From Methylococcaceae bacterium (GTDB lineage Bacteria; Pseudomonadota; Gammaproteobacteria; Methylococcales; Methylomonadaceae), in the NCBI GenBank assembly GCA_030699345.1, contig JAUYMX010000301.1, positions 1 to 40,129 on the forward strand: DNA of 40,129 bases, given 5' to 3'. The stretch's first letter is position 1. Each line of letters starts with the position of its first letter. Of this stretch, positions 27,045 to 37,476 are shown one piece after another. Under the pieces are notes generated by a model. The model ran no database searches. It was not told the DNA's origin and worked only from the letters and a program-made list of their open reading frames with translations. The position numbers were made by a program, and so were the translations under genes.

Positions 27045-30000
27045 ATGTCTCAGAAAACGCAGCCAACTCAACATAAGCCCGTAGAAAATCAGTTCAGGTT
27101 AAAACCCTCGGTTGCATGTATAAAACTGGTAATCACCGGTGGTTTGTTTGCAAGTGCAGTGGCACCGGTTTATGCCGAATTACCGGTTCCTGTGCCGGGA
27201 CAAGGTTGGGTCAGCTCCGGTAGCGCCAGCAGCCAAGTGTTGGGCAACACCCTGCGTATTGATCAGACCACCGATAAAGCCATTCTTAACTGGCAAAGCT
27301 TTAACGTCGGCAAGGAAAATACTGTGCAGTTTGTGCAGCCCGGTAGCTCGTCAGTCGCACTAAACCGCATTAATCAGGAAAACCCCAGTCGAATTCTTGG
27401 TCAAATTAAAGCCAACGGCCAAGTGTATCTGTACAACAAAAATGGCTTTGTGTTCGGTAAGGATTCGGTGGTCAACACCAACAGTCTACTTGCCAGTACC
27501 CTGAATATCACTGATGACGTATTTAATCGCGGCATTACCCGCGTATTCGATGAAAACGGTAGTGCGGCGCTAGCCATTGAGCCAATGCAGGCAGGCGATG
27601 CGCTGGATCCAAAAAACGCTCAAATCCTGATTGAAGCCGGTGCCAAAATTTCCACCGATAAAAACGGCCGCATCATTATTGTTGCGCCGACTATCGAGAA
27701 CAAAGGCTCGTTGTCTTCTGATACGCAAGGCCAGATTATCTTGGCGGCCAGTCAGGACAAGGTTTATTTACAGGCGGCCGACAAAAATGACCCGTTCGCA
27801 GGCTTGGTTGTGGAAGTCGATACCGGCGGTAAGGTGACCAATGCCGGTGATATTCTGGCGCGGCAAGGTAACGTCACCATGGCCGGTTTTGCTGTCAACC
27901 AGCAAGGCCGTGTCAGAGCAACGACCTCGGTGAGTGTCAATGGCTCGATTCGCTTGTTGGCGCAAGAGCAACATGGCACGCAAGGCAATAAGTTGGTGGC
28001 GACCAAAACTGATCGCGATACCGATCTAAACGACGGTTTGGGCACCAAAGCCACCACTACTTTAGCAACCGGCAGCGTTACCGAAATCGTTGCGGATGTT
28101 GACGGCGGCAGCGCCATTGACGAGCAGGCCCAGCCTGACTCTTATTTGCAGGTGACGGGCAATACCGTACATGTGCAAGCCGGTGCCACCATTAAAGTGC
28201 CGGGCGGCAAAGTAAATATCACCGCGACTGATAATTTGGCTGATGCCAAACAAGGCACCAAAGGCCGAATTCTTGTTGATAAGGGCGCAGTAATTGATGT
28301 GTCCGGCTATAAAAATGTGGCGGCGGCGATGGAGCGTAATGTCGGCGAGATTTCTGCCCAAAGTTATGATTTACGTGATTCCCCGTTACAAAGAACCGGT
28401 GTTTTGAAAGGCGAAACCCTCAAGGTGGATTTGCGTAAGGGCTCAGATATTGTTGATACCAGCGGCGCAGAAGCCCGTATTTCACGTGGCATTAATGAAC
28501 GCTTGGGCGACGGCGGCGAGATTAATCTAACTGCCAGCGGCGATTTGATTATCAACGACGGCGCCAAAATTGATATTTCCGGCGGTTCTGTGGCTTATCA
28601 GGACGGCTACATCAATACCACCAAGCTGCTGACTAGCTATGGACGCATTGTTGATATTAGCGATGCCGATCCCAATGAGCATTATGTGTCTATTTTTGGT
28701 CAGGTTAATGAGAGCCACAAGAAATGGGGCGTCGAAAGAATCTGGAATATGTTGGGTAATGGTGCGGGTCAGTTTCAGCGCGGTTACGTTGCAGGTAAAA
28801 ATGCCGGTATCTTGAATATTAAAGCGCCCAAGGTGGCTTGGAATGGCACGCTAATAGCAGGCAGCAGTGCCGGTCAATTTCAACGCGAGCTGGCGAACAC
28901 GCCTTTCGGAGGCCGCCTTGATGTTGATATGGCGGTTTTCCAGTCAGTGCAAAATGTTAAGTTTCAGAACGCGGGCCAGCAGACGCAACTTGCCCTGGAT
29001 GACCTGTTTCCCGAGCGTGATGCTCAGCAGCCCGCCGACCTGATCTTGTCTGCAGCATTGTTAGGCAATTCCGGAGTCGAAGCGGTATCGGTAAAAACGT
29101 TTGGCGACGCGACGTTGGTTGAAGGCGCCAACATTACCATGCAACCTCGCGGCAGTTTAGCGGTGGAAGCAGGCAATATTGATGTTAACGGCAGTTTTAA
29201 AGCCGCCAGCGGCAGTATCAACTTAAAAGCGGCGACTAATTCGTTATCTGCAAACGCGGGTTTGCTGAACATTAACTCCGGAGCCGTGTTGGATGTCTCG
29301 GGTCGGTGGGTTAACGACATAAAACAAGGGCTGTCTGCATTATTGACCGACCCACTGGCGATTGCAGGTGGATCGGTCAAGGCTGAAGCCGAGGGTGATT
29401 TAAAGGTCAAGGCGGGGTCAGTCATTCGTGCCGATGGCGGTGCCTGGCTGCCGTTGAGTAGTAAATTGCAAGCCGGTACAGGCGGTGACATCACGCTGGC
29501 GGCTAAAGGTGACGGTACTTTTGCATCGACCTTGACGCTAGCTGGAGAAGTCTCAGCTTATGGTTTGGAACAGAACGGCAGTTTAACGCTGGAAAGCGGC
29601 AAAATTATTGTCGGTACGCCCACCGCCGATGATGTCACTGATCAGGCGTTGGTTCTGGGTGTGTCTAATGGCAATTTCGACTTCTCTCAAAAGCTAGCGT
29701 TTAACCAGATTAATTTAGTGGCCGATTTTGACGATTTAACGGTCAAATCTAACGTTAATTTGAATTTGCGGGCGAAAAATCTCCAACTTAAACCTGGCTA
29801 TTTAACAAAAGCTACCGGCAGTTCATTACGCGACTTTACAACGGTTGTTGAATTGCCGGAGCATTTACGCCAACCGCTGCAAATCAATATGGAAGGCAAT
29901 TCCGGGGTAAAGATTGAAACCGGCAGCGCTATACGTACCGATAAGGGCTCTACGATCAGCTTGTTGAGTCAAGCCGGCAGTATTTTCGTTGGTGGTTTGT

Positions 30001-33000
30001 TGGAGGCAGCCGCCGGTCAAATCAAACTGGCGATTAAACCTTCATCTGGTTTGGAATACGATCCTAAGCAAACCATCTGGGTCGGTGGGAACGCCCAATT
30101 ATTAGCGCAAGGCACTACACGGTTGAATCCGGCGGATGCTTTCGGGCATCGTACCGGTGCGGTATTGAATGGTGGTGAAATCAGTTTTGATGCTCAGCGT
30201 GGTGCAGTGGTGCTGGAGCAAGGCTCGCTGCTTGATGTATCAGGCACGAGTGCAACGCTGCATATATTGCAACCGGCAAAGAATGCGGCTGCCGATTACG
30301 TGACGCAAACCATTGCTTCCGACGCCGGTAAAATTAAGCTGACAGCGGCTGAAGGCATTGTCATGGATGGCACGTTGCGTGGTGCGGCGGGCTCGAGCAA
30401 AGCTCATGGCGGCAAGCTGGAAGTCACGCTGGATCAAGCCAAACGCAATCCGCCGGATGATCCGCAAGTCCCTTTTCCTAACAATCCTTTGATAATCAAT
30501 GTGACTCAAGTGGCACGACGTTCATTGGAAGAAGACGTTAACCCCGGTGATGACTTTCCGCTTGCTCTGAATGGACAGGCAACCTTAAACGCCGACAGTA
30601 TTCGTGCCGGCGGTTTTGCCGATCTGAGCCTTAGTACAAAAGATCAGGTGGTGTTTATTGGCGACGTCAATTTAACGACGGCTGAGCGTATCAGCATTGA
30701 TACAAAACTTATCAGTGCTAGTGGTGATAATGGCGGTGACGCCGGTAACATCAATCTCAACACCAACTTCCTGCAGATGGGATCGTCCTTGAATCGGACG
30801 CTTGCCGATTCTGCACAGACCGGCAATGGCCAATTCACCGCCAATGCCAAATGGCTGCAATTAAAAGGCGCGACCCAGTGGGACGGTTTTAAACGCATTG
30901 CGTTGAATAGTGAGCATGATATTCGCACCGTCGGTTTGCGTAACGCTGATGAGCAGCGCGATTTTGCCGGTGGCTTAGTGACGGCGGCTGATCTGGCATT
31001 AAACGCCAGCCAGATTTATCCATCAACATTAACTGATTTCACTTTCGCGGTTAAAAACAACTCCGACGGTAAAATCGATATTACCGGTCGCAACACCGAT
31101 ACCTCGCCATTATCGGCAGGCGGCACATTGACATTTGAAGCGGCGGTTATCAATCAAAAAGGAGTGCTAAAAGCGCCGCTGGGCACGATTAACCTTAAAG
31201 CAAGCAAGAGCTTAACGCTTGAGGACGGCAGCCTGACTTCCGTGTCAGCGAAAGGCCAAACAATTCCATTTGGCGTAACCCAGGGCGGCCTGGATTGGTT
31301 ATATCCGTTGGACACCTTGAGAAACCTGGTGTTCGATGCTGCGCCGGAAAAACGCATGGTGTTATCGGCACCTGAGATTGTCGCCAAACAAGGCAGTGTG
31401 GTTGACATCTCCGGTGGTGGCGATTTGGTTTCATATGAATTTGAGGCTGGCGCAGGTGGTTCTTTTGATTACTTACAACCCGGCAGTGCGTCTTATCAAG
31501 GCGGCTTTGCTGTGTTACCGACCTTGGGTTCACAGCTGGCCCCGTATGACCATTATGAAAGTCAGGGGTTTGCCTACGCGCCCGGTAGTACGGTTTATTT
31601 AAGCGGTAGTCCGGGATTACCTGCCGGTGAGTATGCAATATTACCGGCCCGATATGCGTTGTTGCCGGGGGCATTTTTAATCACGCCGCAAGCCAATACT
31701 CAAGATTTGGCGGTGGCTCAGTACACTGTTGATGGCTTGCCTATCGTACCTGGATACCAAAAGCTTGCGGGTAATGATATTCGTGATGCGCGCACCAGTG
31801 GCTACCGAATTGAAAGCCGGGCGGATGTGCTTCAGCACTCAAAATACAACATAAATACCGCTAATCAATTTTACCAAGCACGCGCCCAGAAGAACGAAAC
31901 AGCGACGCCAGTGTTGCCGATGGATGGCGGGCAAATTTCTTTGATCGCGCAAACAAAACTGATTATGGATGGGCAGTTTATGGTTGATGCCTTAACCGGC
32001 GGCCGCGGCGCTAAAATGGATATTGCCGCCAACCGAATTTCTGTGGTTAATCAATTGAGTGAGACCCCAACTGACGGAATACTAGAAATTTTGGTCGGGG
32101 ATTTAAGCGATTTACATGTCGACAGTTTGTTGCTCGGTGGCGCGCGCAGTCGCAACACAACCAACAGTGCTGAAACCGATATTGATGTGTCCGCTCAAGA
32201 GGTGGTGTTTACAACTAATACCCACTTGCAGGGCCCTGAAATCATACTGGCAGCAACCGGCTTGGTCGAAGTTCAGGCAGGCGCGAGCTTGGATGCCAAT
32301 CAACAAGCCCGAAGCGGCGATAGTGTCTTGAATGTCAAAGGTGATGGTGCCTTGCTGCGGCTGTCTGGTGATAAACAAGTGGTGTTAAATCGTACCGAAA
32401 CGTCCGGCGCTTCCGGCGAATTGAAGCTTGCCGCTGGTTCGACAGTAAAAGCATCAGAGTCAATGTTGCTGGATGCTAGTTATTCGACTGAGATTTTAGG
32501 TGATATTCAAATGCAGGGCGGCTCGTTAAATCTGGGCGCTAATACCATCAACATTGGTGAAGTCGACAATGTAGGCGGCAATGCGCTGAATCTGTCCAAC
32601 CTAAAATTAGCGAATTTGGCTGTCGACGAACTGGTACTGACCGGTCGGGACAGCATTGGTATTTACGGCAATGTCGGCCAGGTCAATGCGGACGGCTCAT
32701 TGATTACCGATATTAATGGCCAGTCGCAAGCTATTAAATTCGATCGCCTGGTCATTAATACGGCAGGATTTACCGGTCACGGCACTGAGTCTGATAGCGC
32801 CAAGCTCCAGGCTGGTAGTTTGACTGTGCAAAACACCGCGGCGGCAACCAATCAGCAAGTTGTTGACGGGCAAGGACAGTTGGAGTTGCAGGCCGATAGC
32901 TTCAAGGTAGGCAGCGGCAACTTCGCGATTCAAGGTTTCAACGGCGTTAACATTAACGCAGCTAAAGAATTCCGGGCTGCCGGTAAGGGCAGTGTCGATG

Positions 33001-36000
33001 TTGCCGCCAATTTAAATGTAACGACAGCGGCGTTGACGGCTGACGGTGGCAGCAATATCAAACTGAATGCGGCAGGTTATCAGGCTCAGTTTAATAGCTT
33101 GAACAGCACGGCTGCGGTTGTAAGTAGTTTCGGTGGTGTGATTGACGTGATTGCCGATGCGATTGGTTTTAATACCAAGGCGGTTTTACCGTCCGGCAGT
33201 TTTGGTTTGCATGCCTTGACCGGCGACGTTACCTTGGGCCAACTGGCTAATGTTGATCTGGCTGGACGAGCCGTGCAATTTGCCGACCAATTCGACTACA
33301 CGCCAGGCGGACATTTTAAAGCGGAGTCAGATCACGGCAAGGTATTAATGGCCGCAGGTTCCATGGTCGATGTTGATAGTGGCGGCGGTAAAGCTGCTGG
33401 CGGTAGCGTTACTTTAAAAGCGCCTGAGCAATCAGTGGTGTTGTCAGGGCAATTACAGGCTGCAGGCGGCAGCGCGACTTTAGATGTGGGTGGGTTTGAT
33501 GCAACGGCGAACTTTGATGGTTTGATGGCGGCGCTAAATAATGCCGGTATTAACCAAGCGATTTATTTCCGTACCCGTAATGCCGACATCGTACAAAGCG
33601 CAGCTGGCAATATCGTTGCCAAAAACGTAACGTTAGTGAGCGATACCGGTGCGATGACCTTGGCTGGCGCAATACATGCCGACGCGGCTGAACAGGGCGG
33701 CAATATTAAACTTTACGCAGGCGATGGCATTACTTTGGCGGCTGGTGCTGATTTGACAGCCTTAGGCACGGCCGTTGGCGCGAAAGGCGGCCAGGTGTTG
33801 TTGTCGTCGGTTGATGGCGATAACGATGGCATTAGCGGTATTGATCTACAGAGCGGTTCGCGTATTGATGTTTCAGGTAACGGCGGTGCGGACGGTGAGG
33901 TGACACTGCGTGCTTTACGCACCGGCACTGGCGTTAACATTCAGCCGGTCGCCGGTACGGTTAGTGGTTTTAGCAAGTTTTATGCAGAGGGTGTTAAACA
34001 ATACAGCAATGCTGATCTGGGTGATGACGGTGAGATTAATAGCGGCGACATCGATTTTATTAAAGCCGAAACCGCTGCATTTATGACAGCCACGAATATG
34101 CAAAATGTCGCGGCAATGGCGCCAGGCTTGCGTTTGACCGCCGGTGTTGAAATCAATTACAGCGGTGATTTAACTCTGAAAGATAAGTGGGATTTTGCCG
34201 ACTGGCGTTATGACGATGTCGCAGATAGCAATGTTTGGGATGATTTGCCAGGCCGTCTGGTGATTAAAACCAGCGGTGACTTTAACGTTAATAAGTCATT
34301 GAGCGATGGCTTTAAAAACCAAAGCTTTACATTTCCTGGATCCACCGCCGGTACAACACAAACGATCAATATTGTCGATAAGCTGCAAGGCGGTGAATCG
34401 TGGTCTTACAACGTGGTGGCGGGTGCAGATGCCAACAGTGCCGACATTAATGCGGCTGGTCAGACTGGCAATTTGGTTATTGGCGCCAATGCCGTTATTC
34501 GTACCGGCAGCGGCGACATGCAAGTGAACGCCGGCGGCGATATTACCTTTACCGATAATACCTCTTCAATTTACAACGCCGGACAGCCGACTGAGACATC
34601 GCCTTACGGTAGCCTGAAAGATCGTTTCGTCGGCTTGCAGTTTTATAGCGAATATCCGGTAGCCGGTGGTGATTTGTCATTGGTAGCAGGCGGTAATATC
34701 AATGGCGCAGTGGCGGCTAATAACGATCTAAACGATTGGTTATTACGTATCGGTACCTGGACTGACTCAGTCGATCATAGCGGGCAAAGACCGACAGCAT
34801 GGGGTGTGGCACTGGGCTATATCACTGGCGCATCAAGTAATCCCGCTAAATCAACCAAACCGTTCTTTCAACAGAATGTCGGATCCTTCGGTGGCGGTAA
34901 TGTCACGGTATCGTCTGGTGGTAATGTCAATAATCTTGACGTGCTGATGCCGACTACCGGCAAGCAGGTCGGCACGGCTGATAACAGCACGGCCAATAGC
35001 TTCAATTTTTTAACTAACCAAGTTGAAGTCAATGGCGGCGGCACTATGCACATTAGCGCTGGCGGCGATATTGCCGGAGGTACTTATTATTTAGGCAAAG
35101 GCACCGGCACGATGACGGCGGGTGGACAAGTGACTGGCGGTAGCAGTTTTGAAAAAGGCCCTGATTTATTGATCGGCGATACTCAGTTTTCTATTAATGC
35201 CGGAAGCGGCGTTAGTTTGACAGGGGTATCTGACCCGATGATCCTGCACAAAGCGGATGTCAATTTTTTCAGTTACAGCGCCGCTAGTGCGTTGAATGTG
35301 GCGTCGTTGTCAGGTGATGTGCTGTTAGGCGCAGATGGCAGTATTTTTCCGAGAAGTAATCCCAACAGTAATCAACAAACACTGGCGCGCATTTATCCTG
35401 CATCGCTACATGCCAGCGCCTTTGGCGGCAATATTGAGCTGACGGATGAGATCATCCTGTTTCCATCCGCAGATGCTGAGTTGAGCTTGTTTGCCGAGCA
35501 GGACATTACTGCTGAAGTGGGGATTAGGCTGGGTATGTCGGATGGGGATCGTTCTTTATTGCCTAGCGCGGTAATTCCGGTGACGCGTAGCAATATGTCG
35601 GCAGTCATAGGCAGAATCGATCCGTTTGGTGGTGATCCGAAGCTGTTGCATGCCACCGTGCCGGTGCATAAAAATGATACTCAACCGGCGCGACTGGTTA
35701 CCCGTCAGGGCGATATAGAAAACATCGGTTTTAATCTAGCGAAAAAGGCGATAGTTAAGGCTGGGAAAGATATAACCAATTTATCGCTGGCTATCCAGCA
35801 CGTAAATGCGGGCGATGTAACGTTAATCGAAGCGGGCCGAGATCTACGTGATACCAGCGATCGCGATCCAGCGACCGGTGCATTGTTGAATAACTCCGCC
35901 AAGATTGAAATCAGCGGCCCTGGCGAAGTGCTGGTTAAAACCGGTCGCAATGTTGATTTGGGGGCATCTGAGGGTATTTCGACAGTGGGCAACGTGGTTA

Positions 36001-37106
36001 ATACCAGTTTGCCGGAGCAAGGCGCAAATTTAACTATTTTGGCCGGTGCCAACGGAGAGCTTAACTATGCGGGCTTTATCGATGCTTATTTGCAAAACAA
36101 CGATCAATACAGCCAGGGTTACCAACAGGCTACATTGTTGATAAGCGATTTTATGCGGCAAACCTTAAATGACAATTCGTTGAGTGATGCCGCCGCAATG
36201 GAAGCATTTGCCCAGCTGAAGAGCGAAGATTTCGTGGCGATTCAGCCGCAGCTTAACGCTATTGTTCAGCCCGTGCTTTTCAACGAGATCAGGGAGAATG
36301 GTAAGGCATCGGCAAAGGCGGGCTCGTTAGATTTTAAACGCGGATTTGCGGCAATAGAGACGTTGTTTCCCGGTAGTGATTGGAAGGGTGATCTCAGTTT
36401 GTTTTTTAGCAAAATCCAAACCATAGATGGCGGCGATATTAATCTGATAGTGCCCGGCGGACAGGTTAATGCCGGGTTGGCGGCCTCTTTCTCCGGCGCT
36501 AAATCCGCATCTGAATTGGGGATTGTCGCGCAACGTTCAGGCGATATAAACGCACTGGTACGTGACGATTTTCTCATCAACCAATCACGGGTATTTGCGT
36601 TGGACGGCGGCAATATTTTAATGCTGTCTACTGAAGGCAATATCGATGCCGGTCGTGGTGCCAAATCAGCGATTGCGGCGCCGCCGCCGGTGATTAGTTT
36701 TGATGAGAACGGCAACCTGAAAATTGAATTTCCGCCGGTGGTGTCTGGTAGTGGTATTCGTACTGCGGCCAGTTCAGAAGGAGTTAAACCGGGGGGCGTT
36801 TCTTTGTTTGCGCCGCATGGTGTGATTGATGCGGGTGAGGCCGGGATTGATTCAGGTGGCTTTGCTGACATTATTGGAACCTTAGCGAATGCGAGCAATT
36901 TTAAAAGTGATGGCCCTGTGTCCGGCGTTGCGCCACCACCGGCCAGTGTTGCGGCCGGTATGACAGGCACCAGTAATACGACCGCGGGTGTCAGTCAGGG
37001 GGCGGAAAGCTCGGTTAACAGTGATGTGGGTAAAGATGCCGGTGATGCGTTAGCAAAAGCAATATTGGGACTGTTGAGTGTAGACGTGCTTGGTTTTGGT
37101 GAATAG
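27045..37106 (+). CDS. TpsA exoprotein, filamentous-haemagglutinin-like giant adhesin (3,353 aa from the ATG at 27045)
   Basis: N-terminal TPS secretion domain (ILNWQSFNVGKENTVQFVQPGSSSVALNRI...ILGQIKANGQVYLYNKNGFVFG). Several thousand residues of Gly/Asn/Ala-rich beta-helix-type repeats follow. A TpsB gene lies upstream. The GTG at 27015 in the ORF track would start only 11 nt after the aptamer 3' end, so the ATG at 27045 is preferred. Confidence 0.85.
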   Translation: MSQKTQPTQHKPVENQFRLKPSVACIKLVITGGLFASAVAPVYAELPVPVPGQGWVSSGSASSQVLGNTLRIDQTTDKAILNWQSFNVGKENTVQFVQPGSSSVALNRINQENPSRILGQIKANGQVYLYNKNGFVFGKDSVVNTNSLLASTLNITDDVFNRGITRVFDENGSAALAIEPMQAGDALDPKNAQILIEAGAKISTDKNGRIIIVAPTIENKGSLSSDTQGQIILAASQDKVYLQAADKNDPFAGLVVEVDTGGKVTNAGDILARQGNVTMAGFAVNQQGRVRATTSVSVNGSIRLLAQEQHGTQGNKLVATKTDRDTDLNDGLGTKATTTLATGSVTEIVADVDGGSAIDEQAQPDSYLQVTGNTVHVQAGATIKVPGGKVNITATDNLADAKQGTKGRILVDKGAVIDVSGYKNVAAAMERNVGEISAQSYDLRDSPLQRTGVLKGETLKVDLRKGSDIVDTSGAEARISRGINERLGDGGEINLTASGDLIINDGAKIDISGGSVAYQDGYINTTKLLTSYGRIVDISDADPNEHYVSIFGQVNESHKKWGVERIWNMLGNGAGQFQRGYVAGKNAGILNIKAPKVAWNGTLIAGSSAGQFQRELANTPFGGRLDVDMAVFQSVQNVKFQNAGQQTQLALDDLFPERDAQQPADLILSAALLGNSGVEAVSVKTFGDATLVEGANITMQPRGSLAVEAGNIDVNGSFKAASGSINLKAATNSLSANAGLLNINSGAVLDVSGRWVNDIKQGLSALLTDPLAIAGGSVKAEAEGDLKVKAGSVIRADGGAWLPLSSKLQAGTGGDITLAAKGDGTFASTLTLAGEVSAYGLEQNGSLTLESGKIIVGTPTADDVTDQALVLGVSNGNFDFSQKLAFNQINLVADFDDLTVKSNVNLNLRAKNLQLKPGYLTKATGSSLRDFTTVVELPEHLRQPLQINMEGNSGVKIETGSAIRTDKGSTISLLSQAGSIFVGGLLEAAAGQIKLAIKPSSGLEYDPKQTIWVGGNAQLLAQGTTRLNPADAFGHRTGAVLNGGEISFDAQRGAVVLEQGSLLDVSGTSATLHILQPAKNAAADYVTQTIASDAGKIKLTAAEGIVMDGTLRGAAGSSKAHGGKLEVTLDQAKRNPPDDPQVPFPNNPLIINVTQVARRSLEEDVNPGDDFPLALNGQATLNADSIRAGGFADLSLSTKDQVVFIGDVNLTTAERISIDTKLISASGDNGGDAGNINLNTNFLQMGSSLNRTLADSAQTGNGQFTANAKWLQLKGATQWDGFKRIALNSEHDIRTVGLRNADEQRDFAGGLVTAADLALNASQIYPSTLTDFTFAVKNNSDGKIDITGRNTDTSPLSAGGTLTFEAAVINQKGVLKAPLGTINLKASKSLTLEDGSLTSVSAKGQTIPFGVTQGGLDWLYPLDTLRNLVFDAAPEKRMVLSAPEIVAKQGSVVDISGGGDLVSYEFEAGAGGSFDYLQPGSASYQGGFAVLPTLGSQLAPYDHYESQGFAYAPGSTVYLSGSPGLPAGEYAILPARYALLPGAFLITPQANTQDLAVAQYTVDGLPIVPGYQKLAGNDIRDARTSGYRIESRADVLQHSKYNINTANQFYQARAQKNETATPVLPMDGGQISLIAQTKLIMDGQFMVDALTGGRGAKMDIAANRISVVNQLSETPTDGILEILVGDLSDLHVDSLLLGGARSRNTTNSAETDIDVSAQEVVFTTNTHLQGPEIILAATGLVEVQAGASLDANQQARSGDSVLNVKGDGALLRLSGDKQVVLNRTETSGASGELKLAAGSTVKASESMLLDASYSTEILGDIQMQGGSLNLGANTINIGEVDNVGGNALNLSNLKLANLAVDELVLTGRDSIGIYGNVGQVNADGSLITDINGQSQAIKFDRLVINTAGFTGHGTESDSAKLQAGSLTVQNTAAATNQQVVDGQGQLELQADSFKVGSGNFAIQGFNGVNINAAKEFRAAGKGSVDVAANLNVTTAALTADGGSNIKLNAAGYQAQFNSLNSTAAVVSSFGGVIDVIADAIGFNTKAVLPSGSFGLHALTGDVTLGQLANVDLAGRAVQFADQFDYTPGGHFKAESDHGKVLMAAGSMVDVDSGGGKAAGGSVTLKAPEQSVVLSGQLQAAGGSATLDVGGFDATANFDGLMAALNNAGINQAIYFRTRNADIVQSAAGNIVAKNVTLVSDTGAMTLAGAIHADAAEQGGNIKLYAGDGITLAAGADLTALGTAVGAKGGQVLLSSVDGDNDGISGIDLQSGSRIDVSGNGGADGEVTLRALRTGTGVNIQPVAGTVSGFSKFYAEGVKQYSNADLGDDGEINSGDIDFIKAETAAFMTATNMQNVAAMAPGLRLTAGVEINYSGDLTLKDKWDFADWRYDDVADSNVWDDLPGRLVIKTSGDFNVNKSLSDGFKNQSFTFPGSTAGTTQTINIVDKLQGGESWSYNVVAGADANSADINAAGQTGNLVIGANAVIRTGSGDMQVNAGGDITFTDNTSSIYNAGQPTETSPYGSLKDRFVGLQFYSEYPVAGGDLSLVAGGNINGAVAANNDLNDWLLRIGTWTDSVDHSGQRPTAWGVALGYITGASSNPAKSTKPFFQQNVGSFGGGNVTVSSGGNVNNLDVLMPTTGKQVGTADNSTANSFNFLTNQVEVNGGGTMHISAGGDIAGGTYYLGKGTGTMTAGGQVTGGSSFEKGPDLLIGDTQFSINAGSGVSLTGVSDPMILHKADVNFFSYSAASALNVASLSGDVLLGADGSIFPRSNPNSNQQTLARIYPASLHASAFGGNIELTDEIILFPSADAELSLFAEQDITAEVGIRLGMSDGDRSLLPSAVIPVTRSNMSAVIGRIDPFGGDPKLLHATVPVHKNDTQPARLVTRQGDIENIGFNLAKKAIVKAGKDITNLSLAIQHVNAGDVTLIEAGRDLRDTSDRDPATGALLNNSAKIEISGPGEVLVKTGRNVDLGASEGISTVGNVVNTSLPEQGANLTILAGANGELNYAGFIDAYLQNNDQYSQGYQQATLLISDFMRQTLNDNSLSDAAAMEAFAQLKSEDFVAIQPQLNAIVQPVLFNEIRENGKASAKAGSLDFKRGFAAIETLFPGSDWKGDLSLFFSKIQTIDGGDINLIVPGGQVNAGLAASFSGAKSASELGIVAQRSGDINALVRDDFLINQSRVFALDGGNILMLSTEGNIDAGRGAKSAIAAPPPVISFDENGNLKIEFPPVVSGSGIRTAASSEGVKPGGVSLFAPHGVIDAGEAGIDSGGFADIIGTLANASNFKSDGPVSGVAPPPASVAAGMTGTSNTTAGVSQGAESSVNSDVGKDAGDALAKAILGLLSVDVLGFGE

Positions 37107-37143
37107 GCGTAAAAGTCCTAATGGGTGAGAAATTGGATTCAAG

Positions 37144-37210
37144 GTAGGGGCGAATTTGTTCGCCTGGTAGCTTCAAGGTAATCTGGCCGGGCGAATGAAT
37201 TCGCCCCTAC
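37144..37210. repeat. REP-like palindrome pair (GTAGGGGCGAATTTGTTCGCC ... GGGCGAATGAATTCGCCCCTAC)
   Basis: Two inverted REPs of the GCGAAT/ATTCGC family separated by about 25 nt, immediately after the tpsA stop. Confidence 0.8.
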
Positions 37211-37255
37211 CTCAGAAAAATTCATCAAAGCCAAACAAGGCTATGCGTTTATCGT

Positions 37256-37360
37256 GTAGGGTGGATAAGCAACGCGCATCCACCGTATCCACTGCATTTG
37301 CCGGATGCGCTACCGCTTATCCAGCCTACGCATGACCGCTCAATCAAGGGACTGAATAGG
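37256..37360 (-). repeat. Inverted copy of the 117-bp REP-pair unit found at 26590-26912
   Basis: GTAGGGTGGATAAGCAACGCGCATCCACC...GCATTTGCCGGATGCGCTACCGCTTATCCAGCCTACGCATGACCGCTCAATCAAGGGACTGAATAGG is the reverse complement of the array unit. The match includes its 5' flank AACTATTCAGTTTCTTGATTGAGC at 26571, apart from a short insertion. Confidence 0.85.
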
Positions 37361-37476
37361 CACAAAATTTTAACGATTTCTTAAAGCGTATTTTCAGTAA
37401 AAAATCCTCTAATTGTCATATTCATGTAACGAACTGTTGTGATAATGCAGCTATAAATTTATTTTTGAGAGCAAGC

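Noticed and set aside
27045-37106. TpsA as a contact-dependent inhibition toxin (CdiA) with a downstream immunity gene
   Set aside because: I found no VENN or (E/Q)LYN pre-toxin boundary motif in the translation. The C-terminus continues the repeat and adhesin-like sequence. The region after the stop contains only REP elements and no small immunity ORF. It is better described as an FhaB-like adhesin.
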